Part shown: piece by piece, positions 9,821 through 19,711 of the stretch
Position numbering within the stretch: position 1 is the stretch's first letter
Layout of the letters: each line of letters opens with the position of its first letter
Assembly (NCBI GenBank): GCA_965223415.1
Contig: OZ245002.1
Location: forward strand, 2,048,001 to 2,112,000
DNA from: Myxococcota bacterium
Lineage (GTDB): Bacteria; Myxococcota_A; UBA9160; UBA6930
Direction: 5' to 3'
Length of the DNA: 64,000 nt
Notes under the pieces: generated by a model
Told to the model about the DNA's origin: nothing
Databases searched by the model: none
The model's input: only the letters and a program-made list of their open reading frames with translations
Made by a program: the position numbers and the translations under genes

Positions 9821-10498
9821 GTGCCCCGGATCCTGCTCGCGCTTGTTCTGCTGCTCGCCGCCGCCTGCGCGAGCCCCCCGCCTCCGGCGGCACCGGCTGC
9901 GAACGGGGTGCCGCCCCCCGCGCCGGAATCCGCCGCCGCGCCTCCTGCCGCCATCCCCGAGGCCGAAGCGGTGCCCGAGCCCGCTCCGCCCGATCCGCTG
10001 CTGGCAAGCGTGGAGGCGGTTCTCGCCGAGCGCGCGCCCGCGCTCTCGCCGGCGGAGCGCGCTGCCGTCGCCGCCGAGATCGTCCGCGCCGAGCGCGATG
10101 ACGAGCTGCCGGCCCTTCTCGTGCTGGCGCTGATCGAGCAGGAGAGCCGCTTCGACCCGGGCGCCGTCGGCCCCCGGGGCTCCCTCGGCCTGATGCAGAT
10201 CCGGCCCTTCGTCGGTGCGGACGTGTCGCACCGTCATCGCCTGGGCTTCCACCGCACGCCCGACCTGCTCGAGCCGGCGCTCAACGTCGCCATCGGGACG
10301 CGCTTCCTCGCCGAGCTCCACGGCGAGTTCGACGACATCGAGCTCGCCCTCGCCGCCTACCATATCGGCCCCACGCGCGTCCGCGCCCGCGCCAAGCACG
10401 GCTGGCGCCCCCGCGGCCCCTACGTCCGCCGCGTGATGGGCCGCTACCAGGCCCTGCGCGTCCAGGCCGGCGAGCACGCCACCGCCTTCGGCGGCTGA
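9821..10498 (+). CDS. Lytic transglycosylase (SLT domain) lipoprotein
   Basis: Lipobox LAAAC; QESRF, GLMQI, AYHIG motifs; GTG start estimated. Confidence 0.85.
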   Translation: MPRILLALVLLLAAACASPPPPAAPAANGVPPPAPESAAAPPAAIPEAEAVPEPAPPDPLLASVEAVLAERAPALSPAERAAVAAEIVRAERDDELPALLVLALIEQESRFDPGAVGPRGSLGLMQIRPFVGADVSHRHRLGFHRTPDLLEPALNVAIGTRFLAELHGEFDDIELALAAYHIGPTRVRARAKHGWRPRGPYVRRVMGRYQALRVQAGEHATAFGG

Positions 10499-10509
10499 CC
10501 CGAGGGGAG

Positions 10510-10588
10510 ACTGCAAGAGGGGGGACGTTCCTTGCATCTTGCGTTCTGTAAGAACGCAAGATGCAAGGAACGTCCCCCCTCTTGCAGT
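10510..10588. repeat. REP/REPIN-like perfect palindrome, copy 1
   Basis: 38-bp perfect arms, 3-nt loop GTA; intergenic; related to 51182-51255. Confidence 0.93.
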
Positions 10589-10599
10589 ACGTTCTTGGC

Positions 10600-11955
10600 A
10601 TGGAGCGGGACTTCGATCTCTTCGTGCTCGGCGCTGGCTCGGGCGGGGTGCGGGCGAGTCGGGTGAGCGCGGGCTACGGCGCGCGCGTGGCGGTGGCGGA
10701 GGACGACCGGCTCGGCGGCACCTGCGTCAACGTGGGGTGCATCCCGAAGAAGCTCTTCGTACTGGCGTCGCACTTCTCCGAGGAGTTCGAGGATGCGGCG
10801 GCCTACGGCTGGGCCGTCGGGCCGCGGAGCTTCGACTGGCCGACCCTGATCCAGAACAAGGACACGGAGATCACGCGGCTGAACGGCGTCTACGGGCGCC
10901 TGCTCGAGCAGGCCGGCGTCACCCGCATCGACGGCCGCGCGACGATCGTCGACGCCCATACCGTCGAGGTCGGCGGCGCGCGCTACACCGCGGAGCACAT
11001 CCTCGTCGCCACCGGCTCCTGGCCGCACCTGCCCGAGATCGCCGGCATCGAGCACGCCATCTCGTCGAACGAGGCCTTCTCCCTGGAGGAGCTTCCGCGG
11101 CGCGCCGCGATCGTCGGCGGCGGCTACATCGGCGTCGAGTTCGCGGGCATCTTCCACGGGCTCGGTGTCGAGACCACTCAGATCTACCGCGGCCCGCTCT
11201 TCCTGCGCGGCTTCGACGACGACCTGCGCGCGACCCTCGCCGACGAGATGCGCAAGAAGGGCACCGACCTGCGCTTCGAGACCGACGTCCGCGAGATCTG
11301 CCGCGAAGACGACGGCCTGCACCTCCAGCTGACGACCGGCGACAGCCTCGTCGTCGACCAGGTGCTCTACGCCACCGGCCGCCTGCCGAAGACGAAGGAC
11401 CTGGGCCTCGAGAAGGCCGGCGTGGAGCTCGGGAAGAAGGGTGAGATCCTGGTGGACGCGTACTCGCGCAGCAGCGTCTCGAGCATCTGGGCCCTCGGCG
11501 ACGTGACCGACCGCCTCAACCTGACCCCGATGGCCATCGCCGAGGGCATCGCCTTCGCGCGCACCGTCTTCGGCGGCGAGCCGACGAAGCCCGACCACGC
11601 CGACGTTCCCACCGCCGTCTTCAGCCAGCCGCCGATCGGCACCACCGGCCTCACCGAAGCCGAGGCCCGCGAGCGCCTCGGCGACGTCGACGTCTACCGC
11701 ACCACCTTCCGCGCGCTGAAGCACACCCTGACCGGCCGGGACGAGAAGATCCTGATGAAGCTCCTCGTCGATCCCACCACGGACCGCGTCGTCGGCGCCC
11801 ACATGATCGGCGCCGACGCGCCGGAGATCCTGCAGGGCGTGGGCATCGCCGTGAAGCTCGGCGCCACGAAGGCGCAGTTCGACGCCACCATTCCGATCCA
11901 TCCGACGTCGGCCGAGGAGTTCGTGACCTTGCGGGAGAAGGTGCAGGACGGGTGA
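10600..11955 (+). CDS. gor: Glutathione-disulfide reductase
   Basis: [33 protein letters not shown]. Confidence 0.93.
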   Translation: MERDFDLFVLGAGSGGVRASRVSAGYGARVAVAEDDRLGGTCVNVGCIPKKLFVLASHFSEEFEDAAAYGWAVGPRSFDWPTLIQNKDTEITRLNGVYGRLLEQAGVTRIDGRATIVDAHTVEVGGARYTAEHILVATGSWPHLPEIAGIEHAISSNEAFSLEELPRRAAIVGGGYIGVEFAGIFHGLGVETTQIYRGPLFLRGFDDDLRATLADEMRKKGTDLRFETDVREICREDDGLHLQLTTGDSLVVDQVLYATGRLPKTKDLGLEKAGVELGKKGEILVDAYSRSSVSSIWALGDVTDRLNLTPMAIAEGIAFARTVFGGEPTKPDHADVPTAVFSQPPIGTTGLTEAEARERLGDVDVYRTTFRALKHTLTGRDEKILMKLLVDPTTDRVVGAHMIGADAPEILQGVGIAVKLGATKAQFDATIPIHPTSAEEFVTLREKVQDG

Positions 11956-12602
11956 GGCGCGCCGAGAAGGCCGAGCGCATCCACAAGATCCTGGACCGGC
12001 TCTATCCCCAGCCGCCGGTTCCGCTCGACCACGTCGACCCGTTCTCGCTGCTCGTGGCCGTGCTGCTCTCCGCCCAGTGCACCGACGAGCGGGTGAACCG
12101 GGTGACGCCGGGCCTGTTCGCGATCGGGCCCGATGCCGTGGCCATGGCTCGCCTTCCCGTCGCGCGAATCCAGGCGAAGATCCGCTCCTGCGGCCTGGCG
12201 CCGCAGAAAGCGCGGAACCTCAAGGCCCTCTCCCGGCAGCTCCTCGCCGAGCACGGGGGCCAGGTGCCCGCGAGCTTCGAGGCCCTGGAGGCGCTGCCCG
12301 GCGTCGGCCACAAGACCGCCAGCGTGGTGATGGCCCAGGCCTTCGGCGTGCCCGCCTTCCCGGTGGATACGCACATCCACCGGCTGGCGGCGCGCTGGGG
12401 CCTCTCGAGCGGCCGCAACGTCGAGCAGACCGAGCGCGACCTGAAACGCGTCTTCCCCCGCGAGGCGTGGAACCGTCTGCACCTGCAGATCATCTTCTTC
12501 GGCCGTGAGCACTGCCCCGCCCGCGGCCACGACCTGGCGACCTGCGCCATCTGCGGCTGGGCCGCCAGCAAGCGGCGCATCGCCGAAGAGGCGCGACGTT
12601 AG
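11952..12602 (+). CDS. nth: Endonuclease III
   Basis: [17 protein letters not shown] (HhH), VDTH, C-terminal Cys motif. Confidence 0.92.
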   Translation: MRRAEKAERIHKILDRLYPQPPVPLDHVDPFSLLVAVLLSAQCTDERVNRVTPGLFAIGPDAVAMARLPVARIQAKIRSCGLAPQKARNLKALSRQLLAEHGGQVPASFEALEALPGVGHKTASVVMAQAFGVPAFPVDTHIHRLAARWGLSSGRNVEQTERDLKRVFPREAWNRLHLQIIFFGREHCPARGHDLATCAICGWAASKRRIAEEARR

Positions 12603-12622
12603 GCGCCAGGCGACGCCCTGGA

Positions 12623-13597
12623 TCACGGCTCCAGGATCACCCGCTGGGTCATGTAGGCGACGTAGCAGAGCCCGAGCAGCACGGCCTCGGCGCGAATGAT
12701 GCGCTGGCCGCGCGTGTAGGACGTGACCAGCAGCATGAGGGAGAGGAACCCGACCACCGCGAGATCCATCCCTCCGCCCGCCGGCACCGGAACGGCGCGC
12801 ACGCTGGCGCTGGCGCCCAGCACGAGCAGGAGGTTGAAGATGTTCGATCCCACCACGTTGCCGATCGCCAGGTCCGGGAAGCCCTTCGCCGTGGCGATGA
12901 GCGAGGCCGTGAGCTCCGGCAGGCTCGTGCCCACCGCGATGAGCGTCAGGCCGATGATCGCCTCCGACACGCCGATGGCTCGGGCCAGGCCGACGCCCCC
13001 GTCGACCGTGAGCTGCGCGCCGTAGATCAGGCCTGCGAGCCCGGCGGCGGTGAGCGCCAGGGCCAGGCCGACGCCGAACGTGGGCGTGAGCTCCGGCTCC
13101 AGGGCGTCGGGATCGTTGCGCCGGCGCTGCTCGATCACGTCGTTCACCGTGTAGTAGACGAAGACCGAGAAGAGCAGCAGCAGTACGAGACCGTCGGTGC
13201 GGTCGTAGAAGTTGTCGCCGCCGCGCAGCCAGGCGTCCATGCCCAGCACAGCGGCCACCGCGGTGGCGAGCAGCATCATGGGCAGCTCGCGGACGATCAC
13301 CGGCGACTGGACCTGCAGGGGCTTGAAGAGCGCCGTAGCCGCCACGATGAGCCCGATGTTGGCCATGTTCGAGCCCATGATGTTCCCGAACGACATGGCG
13401 CCGTTGCCCCGCACCGCTGCTGTGATGTTCACCGCCAGCTCCGGCGCACTGGTGCCGAAGGCCACCACGGTGAGGCCGATCGCCAGGGGCGAGACGCCGA
13501 GCCGCCGCGCCAGCGCCGAGGCGCCACGGATCATCACGTCACCGCCGCCCAGGAGGAGGGCCAGGCCGAGGAGGGTGGTGAGGAGATCCTGGATCAA
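12623..13597 (-). CDS. Calcium/sodium antiporter (YrbG-like)
   Basis: Two alpha repeats GTSAPE...GNIMGSN and GTSLPE...GNVVGSN; TTG start estimated. Confidence 0.9.
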   Translation of the reverse strand: MIQDLLTTLLGLALLLGGGDVMIRGASALARRLGVSPLAIGLTVVAFGTSAPELAVNITAAVRGNGAMSFGNIMGSNMANIGLIVAATALFKPLQVQSPVIVRELPMMLLATAVAAVLGMDAWLRGGDNFYDRTDGLVLLLLFSVFVYYTVNDVIEQRRRNDPDALEPELTPTFGVGLALALTAAGLAGLIYGAQLTVDGGVGLARAIGVSEAIIGLTLIAVGTSLPELTASLIATAKGFPDLAIGNVVGSNIFNLLLVLGASASVRAVPVPAGGGMDLAVVGFLSLMLLVTSYTRGQRIIRAEAVLLGLCYVAYMTQRVILEP

Positions 13598-13670
13598 GGC
13601 TCGTAGCGGGTGGGCCCGTTCCTGGCGCGCGAGGGAGGAGCAAGGGGGCGCCCAGCATACGGCACGGTGT

Positions 13671-14324
13671 CTACCGGGTGAAGACCCCGCCGGAGGGCTC
13701 GTCGAGTCGCCGGGCGAGCACCAGCCAGAGTGGATCCGCCCCTGCCGGCGAGCGATCCATCCCCACGGCCGCGGCGAAGCCACCCGCACGCTCGAAGTAG
13801 GCCGCAACCGCCGCCATGCGCCCCGGCGGCGGCAGGACGTGGAACGCGCGGATCGCCTTGGTGGGGAAACAGCGGTGGGACATGGCCACCAGGGCAATGC
13901 CGCCGGGCCGCAGCACCCGCGCGAGCTCGCGGAACACCTCGACCGGCCGCGCGAGGTATTGGATCGAGACCGCGCAGAGTGCCGCATCGAAACGCGCATC
14001 CGGGTAGGGGAGAAGCGGGTTCACGTTCAGATCGTGAACGCGCCACGCGTCGAGCCGCGGGTTCGCGCGAAGCTCCTGCTCGTTCATGCCCAGCCCCTCG
14101 ACGCGACCGAGCGGCAGCCCCTCCGCCGGCGGCAGGTGGGAGACCCAGGATGACATGAGGTCGAGGACGTCGCTGCCCGGCGCCAGGTGCTCGCGGTAGG
14201 CGGCGGTGAGGGCGGCGATCGTCGCAGCGTCGATGTGGGTGACGAGGCGGGGCTGCGCGTAGAAGTGGGCGTCGGGGGATTCGTCCTGGCGGTCGAAGAA
14301 GCCCTCGGGGAAATCGGGGGGCAT
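13671..14324 (-). CDS. Class I SAM-dependent methyltransferase
   Basis: FYAQPRLVTHID, LDLMSSWVSH, ARVLRPGG. Confidence 0.85.
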   Translation of the reverse strand: MPPDFPEGFFDRQDESPDAHFYAQPRLVTHIDAATIAALTAAYREHLAPGSDVLDLMSSWVSHLPPAEGLPLGRVEGLGMNEQELRANPRLDAWRVHDLNVNPLLPYPDARFDAALCAVSIQYLARPVEVFRELARVLRPGGIALVAMSHRCFPTKAIRAFHVLPPPGRMAAVAAYFERAGGFAAAVGMDRSPAGADPLWLVLARRLDEPSGGVFTR

Positions 14325-14335
14325 CGCGTCCGAGA

Positions 14336-15373
14336 TTACCCGAGCGGCCCCTTCGACGGGCCGGTGCGCCGCTCCGCGGGCCATGGCTGCAGGTCCAGGG
14401 GGCTGCGCACTCCGAAGCCGCCGCGGTTCAGCACGTGGGTGTAGACCATCGTCGTGCTGACACTGCGGTGGCCCAGGAGCTCCTGGACCGTGCGGATATC
14501 GTGGCCGCTCTCGAGGAGGTGAGTCGCGAAGCTGTGGCGGAGGGTGTGGCAGCTGACACGCTTGGCGAGCCCCGCGCGCTGCGCCGCATTCTTCACGGCG
14601 CGCTGTACCGGCGCTTCGCTGAGATGGTGCCGTCGGTCGCCGCCGCCACGGGGATCTCGGGAGCGGCGAGCCGCAGGAAAGACCCAGAACCACGTCCAGC
14701 TCCGCGCGGCCTTCGGGAACTTTCGCGCCAATGCGTCGGGCAGGAACACGCCGGGGCGCCCGTCCGCGACGTCGCGTTCGCGGAGGACGCGCGCTGCTTC
14801 GAGCTGGGCACGCAACGGCTCCACCAGCGCATCGGGCAGCATCGTCCTGCGATCGCGGCGGCCCTTGCCGTCCCTCACCAGGACCTCGCGGCGAGCGAAG
14901 TCCAGATCCTTCACGCGGAGACGCAGTGCCTCGAGCAGCCTGAGGCCCGAGCCGTAGAGCAACCCAGCGACGAGGGAGGAAGTGCCCGTGAGCTCCGCCA
15001 GCAGCGCCTGCGTCTCGCTGACGCTGAGGACGACCGGGAGGCGGCGCGGCTTGCGGGCGCGAACCGGAGCGAGGCTGCCGAGATCACGCCCCAGGACCTC
15101 GCGGTAGAGGAACAGCAGGGCGCCAAGCGCCTGGTTCTGCGTGGACGGCGCCACGTCTTGCTCGACGGCGAGCCACGTGAGGAACGCCGACACCTCGGCG
15201 GCACCCATGTCCGCGGGGTGACGCGTCCCCTGATGGAGGATGAAGCGCCGGATCCACCCGACGTACGCCTCTTCCGTCCGGAGGCTGTAGCCGCGAACCC
15301 GGATCGCGTCCCGAACCTGATCGAGCAACCGCGGCGGCTGCCCTTCTCCCCGTTCCGGGGAGCGTTTCGGCAT
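14336..15373 (-). CDS. intI: Integron integrase
   Basis: [41 protein letters not shown], plus the integron-specific insertion [13 protein letters not shown]...WVFPA. Confidence 0.97.
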   Translation of the reverse strand: MPKRSPERGEGQPPRLLDQVRDAIRVRGYSLRTEEAYVGWIRRFILHQGTRHPADMGAAEVSAFLTWLAVEQDVAPSTQNQALGALLFLYREVLGRDLGSLAPVRARKPRRLPVVLSVSETQALLAELTGTSSLVAGLLYGSGLRLLEALRLRVKDLDFARREVLVRDGKGRRDRRTMLPDALVEPLRAQLEAARVLRERDVADGRPGVFLPDALARKFPKAARSWTWFWVFPAARRSRDPRGGGDRRHHLSEAPVQRAVKNAAQRAGLAKRVSCHTLRHSFATHLLESGHDIRTVQELLGHRSVSTTMVYTHVLNRGGFGVRSPLDLQPWPAERRTGPSKGPLG

Positions 15374-15639
15374 GGTGTGGAACGACCCTGTCGCCCGGCC
15401 CGACGGGAGGGCCGCGGCGCGGGTGGGGTGGTCAATCGAGGCTACCAGCTTCGCGGGGCGGGGCCAGCGGGGGAGTCCCGAGAGCGGGCTCCGCCACGAG
15501 ACGCCGCCGCCTGTCGCACGAATTCGTTTCGAGAGACCCAGCTCGCCCGAATTGACTTCGAGCGCTCAGTATTCCCGAGGGGGCCGCAGCGAGACCCCGA
15601 GCGCGTCCAGTTCGGTGTAGACTCACTAGGGAGAATTGG

Positions 15640-15667
15640 TTCGGTGAGACCTACTATCTAGTTGGGC
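15640..15667 (+). other. Putative attI site
   Basis: GTTGGGC core at 15661-15667 divergent from intI; GTTGGGCGGCAGG is complementary to CCTGCCGCCCAAC at the end of cassette 1; left limit uncertain. Confidence 0.75.
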
Positions 15668-15680
15668 GGCAGGGAGTTCG

Positions 15681-16406
15681 ATGAAGCGAGACTTCATCAT
15701 TTCCGAGATCAAGCGCACAGCCTCCGACAACGACGGGGTCCCTCTCGGCCAGCGCGCCTTCGCCACCACAACGGGGATCCGCAGGCACGACTGGTATGGG
15801 CGTTTCTGGCCGAACTGGAGCGCCGCGCTCTCAGACGCCGGTTTCGAGCCCAACGTCTGGCAGGACAAGATTCCCGAAGACCTCCTGCTCGAGAAACTCG
15901 TCGAACTCATCTCTGAACTCGACAAATTCCCCACCGACGCGGAGCTTCGGCAAAAACGACGCGAGAATCCGAGCTTTCCAAGCCACAGCACCATGCATCG
16001 GCTCGGTCCCAGAGCCGAAAGGGCTCGGCGAATCATCGACTACTGCTCGACCGACGAGGACCTCTCCACGGTTGTAGCTATCTGCACCTCCATCGCTGAG
16101 CAAGCAGTCCCGCCGGCCAATGTGCCCGCCGACCCCAGCGAAGCTGAAGAGTTCGGAACCGTCTACCTCATCAAATCCGGACGTCATTACAAAGTCGGAA
16201 GAACCAATGCATTTGGGCGTCGCGAGCGCGAAATCGAGCTCCAGCTTCCCGATAAGGCGCAGACGGTTCATACCATCACCACGGACGATCCTGTCGGAAT
16301 CGAAGCCTACTGGCACCGCCGATTCGCCGATCGTCGCAAGAACGGAGAGTGGTTCGAGCTGTCGCCCGAAGACATTCGAGCCTTCAAGAGGCGAACCTTC
16401 ATGTAG
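15681..16406 (+). CDS. Cassette 1: GIY-YIG (T5orf172-like) nuclease with N-terminal helical repeats
   Basis: VYLIKSG..YKVGRT...E..WHRRF...NGEWF; lower GC than host genes. Confidence 0.85.
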   Translation: MKRDFIISEIKRTASDNDGVPLGQRAFATTTGIRRHDWYGRFWPNWSAALSDAGFEPNVWQDKIPEDLLLEKLVELISELDKFPTDAELRQKRRENPSFPSHSTMHRLGPRAERARRIIDYCSTDEDLSTVVAICTSIAEQAVPPANVPADPSEAEEFGTVYLIKSGRHYKVGRTNAFGRREREIELQLPDKAQTVHTITTDDPVGIEAYWHRRFADRRKNGEWFELSPEDIRAFKRRTFM

Positions 16407-16414
16407 CGCCTGCC

Positions 16415-16550
16415 GCCCAACAAGGCGCTGCAGCTGACGAGCCACAGCTCGTTCCAATCGACCCGTGGTAGTGTTTGGCATCGAATTTGGAAGCTTCGAG
16501 CGGGCTGCAGAGGCGCTGTGGCTCGCAGCTGAGCGCCAGGTCCGTTAGCC
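16415..16550 (+). other. attC site 1 (R' core hit by IS110, then IS1380)
   Basis: R'' GCCCAAC, L'' GCAGCTGAC, L' GCAGCTGAG, R' GTTAG|; removing both ISs restores GTTAGGC. Confidence 0.92.
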
Positions 16551-18073
16551 CTGATCCGGCATTGCGAGGTGTAGGGAAAGCCCGGAATTGAAAGTGGCTC
16601 CGTCGGTGTGCTTGATGGAAGTGCCAACCACCATCATGCCTCCGAGGAGCCACATTCGTGAAGCTAAGCAGACACCGGATTCGAGCCCGCGTCAAGGGCG
16701 AATTGTCGATCGCCTTCACGGATGAGGCGCTGACGAGCTACGGCGGGCTGGAGCTGTTCCGGCGCTTCTTCGACCGCTTTTGGGCAGAGCGCCTGAAAGC
16801 GGCCTTTGCGGATCGGGCGTTCGACTCGGACTACGGATCCTTCCGCTGCATGCTGGTGGTGGTGGGGATGCTGCTGCTGGGAGGGAGCCGTCTCTCGCAT
16901 GTCCGGGTGCTCGATCGGGATCCGTTGTTTCGGCGGTTCGTCCGATTGCAGCGGCTTCCGGACGAGCGGACCCTGGCGAGGAACCTGAAGGAGCTGACGT
17001 CGGGCTACCGCGATCGTCTGAACGAACTGCTGCGGGACATGGCCTATGGAACCCACACAGGGCTCGGCTTGGAGCGGGCCACGATCGAGCTGGACGGCAC
17101 CGTGCTTCGGACGGGCGAGTACGTGGACGGCGCCGAGCGCGGCTTCAACCCACATCACCCGAAGGACCCGTCCTACTACCCGCTGACGGCGCACCTGGCG
17201 CAGACGAGCCAGCTGCTCGGCGTATGGAACCGGCCGGGCAATGTGAACGATGCGGTGGGCGCTGCGGAGAAGCTGGCCTTTCTCCTGGGCGACGCGAAGC
17301 GGCGCCTCGATCGGGTCCCGATCGAGGTGCGGCTCGATGGCGCCTTCTTCCAGAAGGCCGTTCTCGAGGTTCTCACGGCCTCTCGCGTGGAGTACGCCCT
17401 CAAGGTCCCCATGTGGCGCTGGCTCGGCGTGCGTGAGAAGATCGCCGCCCGGAAGCGTTGGCACCGCGTCAACGCGAGCGTCGACGCCTTCTCCGTCGTC
17501 CACCGGATCCCACAGTGGAAGCGCTGCGAGCGGATCGTGGTGTTCCGCAAGAAGGTCTCCGGGCGAAGCGCGAAGAACTTCCAGCTCGACCTCTTCACCC
17601 CGGACGATGGCCACTACGAGTACTCGATGGTCGCGACGAACAAGCGGACCAGCGAGGCCGCCGTCTGGGCCTTCATGGCCGGACGCGGCGGCCACGAGAA
17701 GACGCTGGCCGAGCTCAAACAGCACCTGGCGTTCGCCACCATCCCGACCCAGGACTGGGACGCCAACAGCAACTGGCAGCTGCTCAGTGCCCTGACCCAC
17801 AACCTGGTGCGGGACTTCCAAGCCACGCTTGGCCTGCCAGAGCGACCCAACGGCCGAAAGCGGACCGCCCGGCTCCGCTTCCCCTCGCTCCGCACGCTCC
17901 GCTTCGAGCTGATCCAGCTCCCTGGCCGCATCGCTCGGCCTGCCGGACGCGCTTCGCTCCGAATCGCCGCGTCCTCGCGCAGCCGCTCCACCATCCGGGC
18001 CGCCGAGACCGCGCTCGCCGCGTGAGCCCGCCAGACCTACGCTCGGATCCGTGATCTCAATGCCGGATCAGGG
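16549..18073 (+). mobile_element. IS1380-family insertion sequence
   Basis: 16-bp perfect TIR CCCTGATCCGGCATTG; 4-bp TSD TTAG at 16545-16548 and 18074-18077. Confidence 0.92.
16658..18025 (+). CDS. IS1380-family DDE transposase
   Basis: LTSYGGL, ELDGT, RPGN, RLDGAF, RGGHE..AELK. Confidence 0.9.
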   Translation: MKLSRHRIRARVKGELSIAFTDEALTSYGGLELFRRFFDRFWAERLKAAFADRAFDSDYGSFRCMLVVVGMLLLGGSRLSHVRVLDRDPLFRRFVRLQRLPDERTLARNLKELTSGYRDRLNELLRDMAYGTHTGLGLERATIELDGTVLRTGEYVDGAERGFNPHHPKDPSYYPLTAHLAQTSQLLGVWNRPGNVNDAVGAAEKLAFLLGDAKRRLDRVPIEVRLDGAFFQKAVLEVLTASRVEYALKVPMWRWLGVREKIAARKRWHRVNASVDAFSVVHRIPQWKRCERIVVFRKKVSGRSAKNFQLDLFTPDDGHYEYSMVATNKRTSEAAVWAFMAGRGGHEKTLAELKQHLAFATIPTQDWDANSNWQLLSALTHNLVRDFQATLGLPERPNGRKRTARLRFPSLRTLRFELIQLPGRIARPAGRASLRIAASSRSRSTIRAAETALAA

Positions 18074-18092
18074 TTAGATACTCCCTTCGTCG

Positions 18093-19088
18093 TCAACCCT
18101 TCGTGGCGAAGAATTTCTCGCCAAGGAAGTCCTGGTCGTGGCGGAGCATGCCGTAGATGGCGTGGAGCAGCTTCCGCATGACGGCGACGAGTGCTTGCAT
18201 CTTGGTTTTGCCCTTGGAGAGCAGCTTCTCGTAGAAGGCCTTCACGTTCGGTTCCCAGCGTGCAGCGACCATCGCAGGAAGAAAGAGTGCGCGGCGAAGG
18301 TGGGCGTTGCCGGTCTTGCTGATGCGAGCTGGCTTGTGCACAGAGGTGCCCGATTGAAACTGTCGGGGGTCGAGGCCCGCATGCGCGACCCATTGCCGGG
18401 TCGTCATGTCCTTGGGCAAGGTGCCTAGCTCGGCGAGCAACTGGATGCCGGCTGCGTCGGCGATACCCTTGATCGATGTGATGTGGCCGAAGTCTCTGGC
18501 GAGCTCGGGGCTCTGCTCGATCACCTTCAACGCTTGCTTGCGCAGCCGATCGATTCGCCCCTCCAGGAGCTCGATCAGTTCGCGGATGTCTTGCTTCACG
18601 AACTCACTGAGCTCCTCGCTCTGGTCGTTGGCATGGAGCCGGTTCTTCTCCTGCGTCACGGTCTTGCTCAGAGCCTCCACGCGGCGGGAGAGGGCCCGTA
18701 CCTCCAGAATTCGGGGGTCCGGCGGAGTCCAGGCGGAAAACTCCATGCGCATTCCGAACTCGAGAATCGTTTCCGCATCGAGCGCATCCGTCTTGGAGCG
18801 TTGAAGCGATGCCTTGGCGAACGCGGCAATGGCCCGCGGGTTCGCCACCATCACCTGGGACGCCTTCGCACGGTGAAGCGCGAACGCGAGGTCGAGGCCG
18901 TACACCCCGGTCGATTCCAGGACGACGCGCGCCGTCGCATTCCCCTTCGTGGCCCACCGAATCAGCCTCTGGTGGCCCTTGGGATCGTTCGCAAAGACCA
19001 GCCCGCCCTCGCGAGTTCCGTTCCGGTCGATGGCGACGACGAGCTCCTTCGCCCCGACGTCCACGCCCACGTAATGACACTTCTTCAA
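18093..19088 (-). CDS. IS110 DEDD recombinase/transposase (331 aa)
   Basis: TTG start after GGAGG; GVDV, LESTG, KTDALDA (DEDD); QSGTS serine; GNAHLR; MRKL. Confidence 0.95.
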   Translation of the reverse strand: MKKCHYVGVDVGAKELVVAIDRNGTREGGLVFANDPKGHQRLIRWATKGNATARVVLESTGVYGLDLAFALHRAKASQVMVANPRAIAAFAKASLQRSKTDALDAETILEFGMRMEFSAWTPPDPRILEVRALSRRVEALSKTVTQEKNRLHANDQSEELSEFVKQDIRELIELLEGRIDRLRKQALKVIEQSPELARDFGHITSIKGIADAAGIQLLAELGTLPKDMTTRQWVAHAGLDPRQFQSGTSVHKPARISKTGNAHLRRALFLPAMVAARWEPNVKAFYEKLLSKGKTKMQALVAVMRKLLHAIYGMLRHDQDFLGEKFFATKG

Positions 19089-19139
19089 GGTCTCTCCTCC
19101 CCGTGATAAGCTGGGACCCGGGTCTCCCGACCCTGCACA

Positions 19140-19305
19140 TTCACCTACGGACCTTGTAGACGCAGGCTCTCGGGCCTCGGATACTCCACGGCATGGGTGA
19201 CGAGGGCGGGAGGCCCATCTAACGGACAAGCTCTCTGGCTTCAGGCAGCGACGGCCTTTCCCGGGAACCCATCTCGGAGTCTCACTCAGGCCCGAAGAGC
19301 CTGCT
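19140..19305 (-). ncRNA. Predicted bridge RNA of IS110 element A
   Basis: 5' hairpin, then loop with guides UCGCUGCCU (19243-19251) and GUCCGUUAG (19219-19227) matching the target, then loop with GGAGUAUC (19180-19187) and UACAAG (19153-19158) matching the donor; RNA ends approximate. Confidence 0.88.
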
Positions 19306-19324
19306 CAGAGGTACAAGGCGGCTC

Positions 19325-19711
19325 ATGCGGAGTTCGTTGCTTGCACTTGCGGTTCTGCTGACGGCTTGTAGCGATCCTTGGGAGTGCAAACTCGACCTCC
19401 GAGAACAGCTATCGGAGATCTCCACAACGGAGGTGCGTCTCCGCGACGTCACCGATTTCGATTGGACCACGGTGAGCGTCTTCGGCCCTTACACTCCCGG
19501 CGAGGAGATTAGGAAGCTCGGCGTCACCTATGAACCATCTCCCCTGGGGTTCGATCACGTACCTGAGTCTGCTGCCGAGCTCGTCTTCCTAAGCGAGGAT
19601 CAGCCGGTCTGTCGGCATACATGGTTTCACCATGACTCACGATACAGCTTCCGTGCCTGGGAAGAGTTCGATCCAACAGATCCCGTCTTGGTTCCCTATC
19701 GAACTCCCTAA
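19325..19711 (+). CDS. Cassette 2: hypothetical lipoprotein
   Basis: Lipobox LLTAC; FDW..V..FGPY motif; ATG just after the restored GTTAGGC. Confidence 0.8.
   Translation: MRSSLLALAVLLTACSDPWECKLDLREQLSEISTTEVRLRDVTDFDWTTVSVFGPYTPGEEIRKLGVTYEPSPLGFDHVPESAAELVFLSEDQPVCRHTWFHHDSRYSFRAWEEFDPTDPVLVPYRTP

Larger units (their letters stand above)
18076..19317 (-). mobile_element. IS110-family element A (IS621-like layout, CT core) inserted in the attC R' core
   Basis: Core AG (CT on element strand) at 18076-18077 and 19316-19317; no TIR; donor junction GGAGTAT-CT-TGTAC; about 230-nt 5' non-coding end. Confidence 0.93.

Noticed and set aside
15374..15660. Pc/Pint promoters and a LexA box
   Set aside because: No convincing consensus match identifiable by eye.
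19089..19229. N-terminal extension of the IS110 ORF in the ORF track
   Set aside because: RBS and the first DEDD Asp point to TTG at 19088; the region is better explained as bridge RNA.
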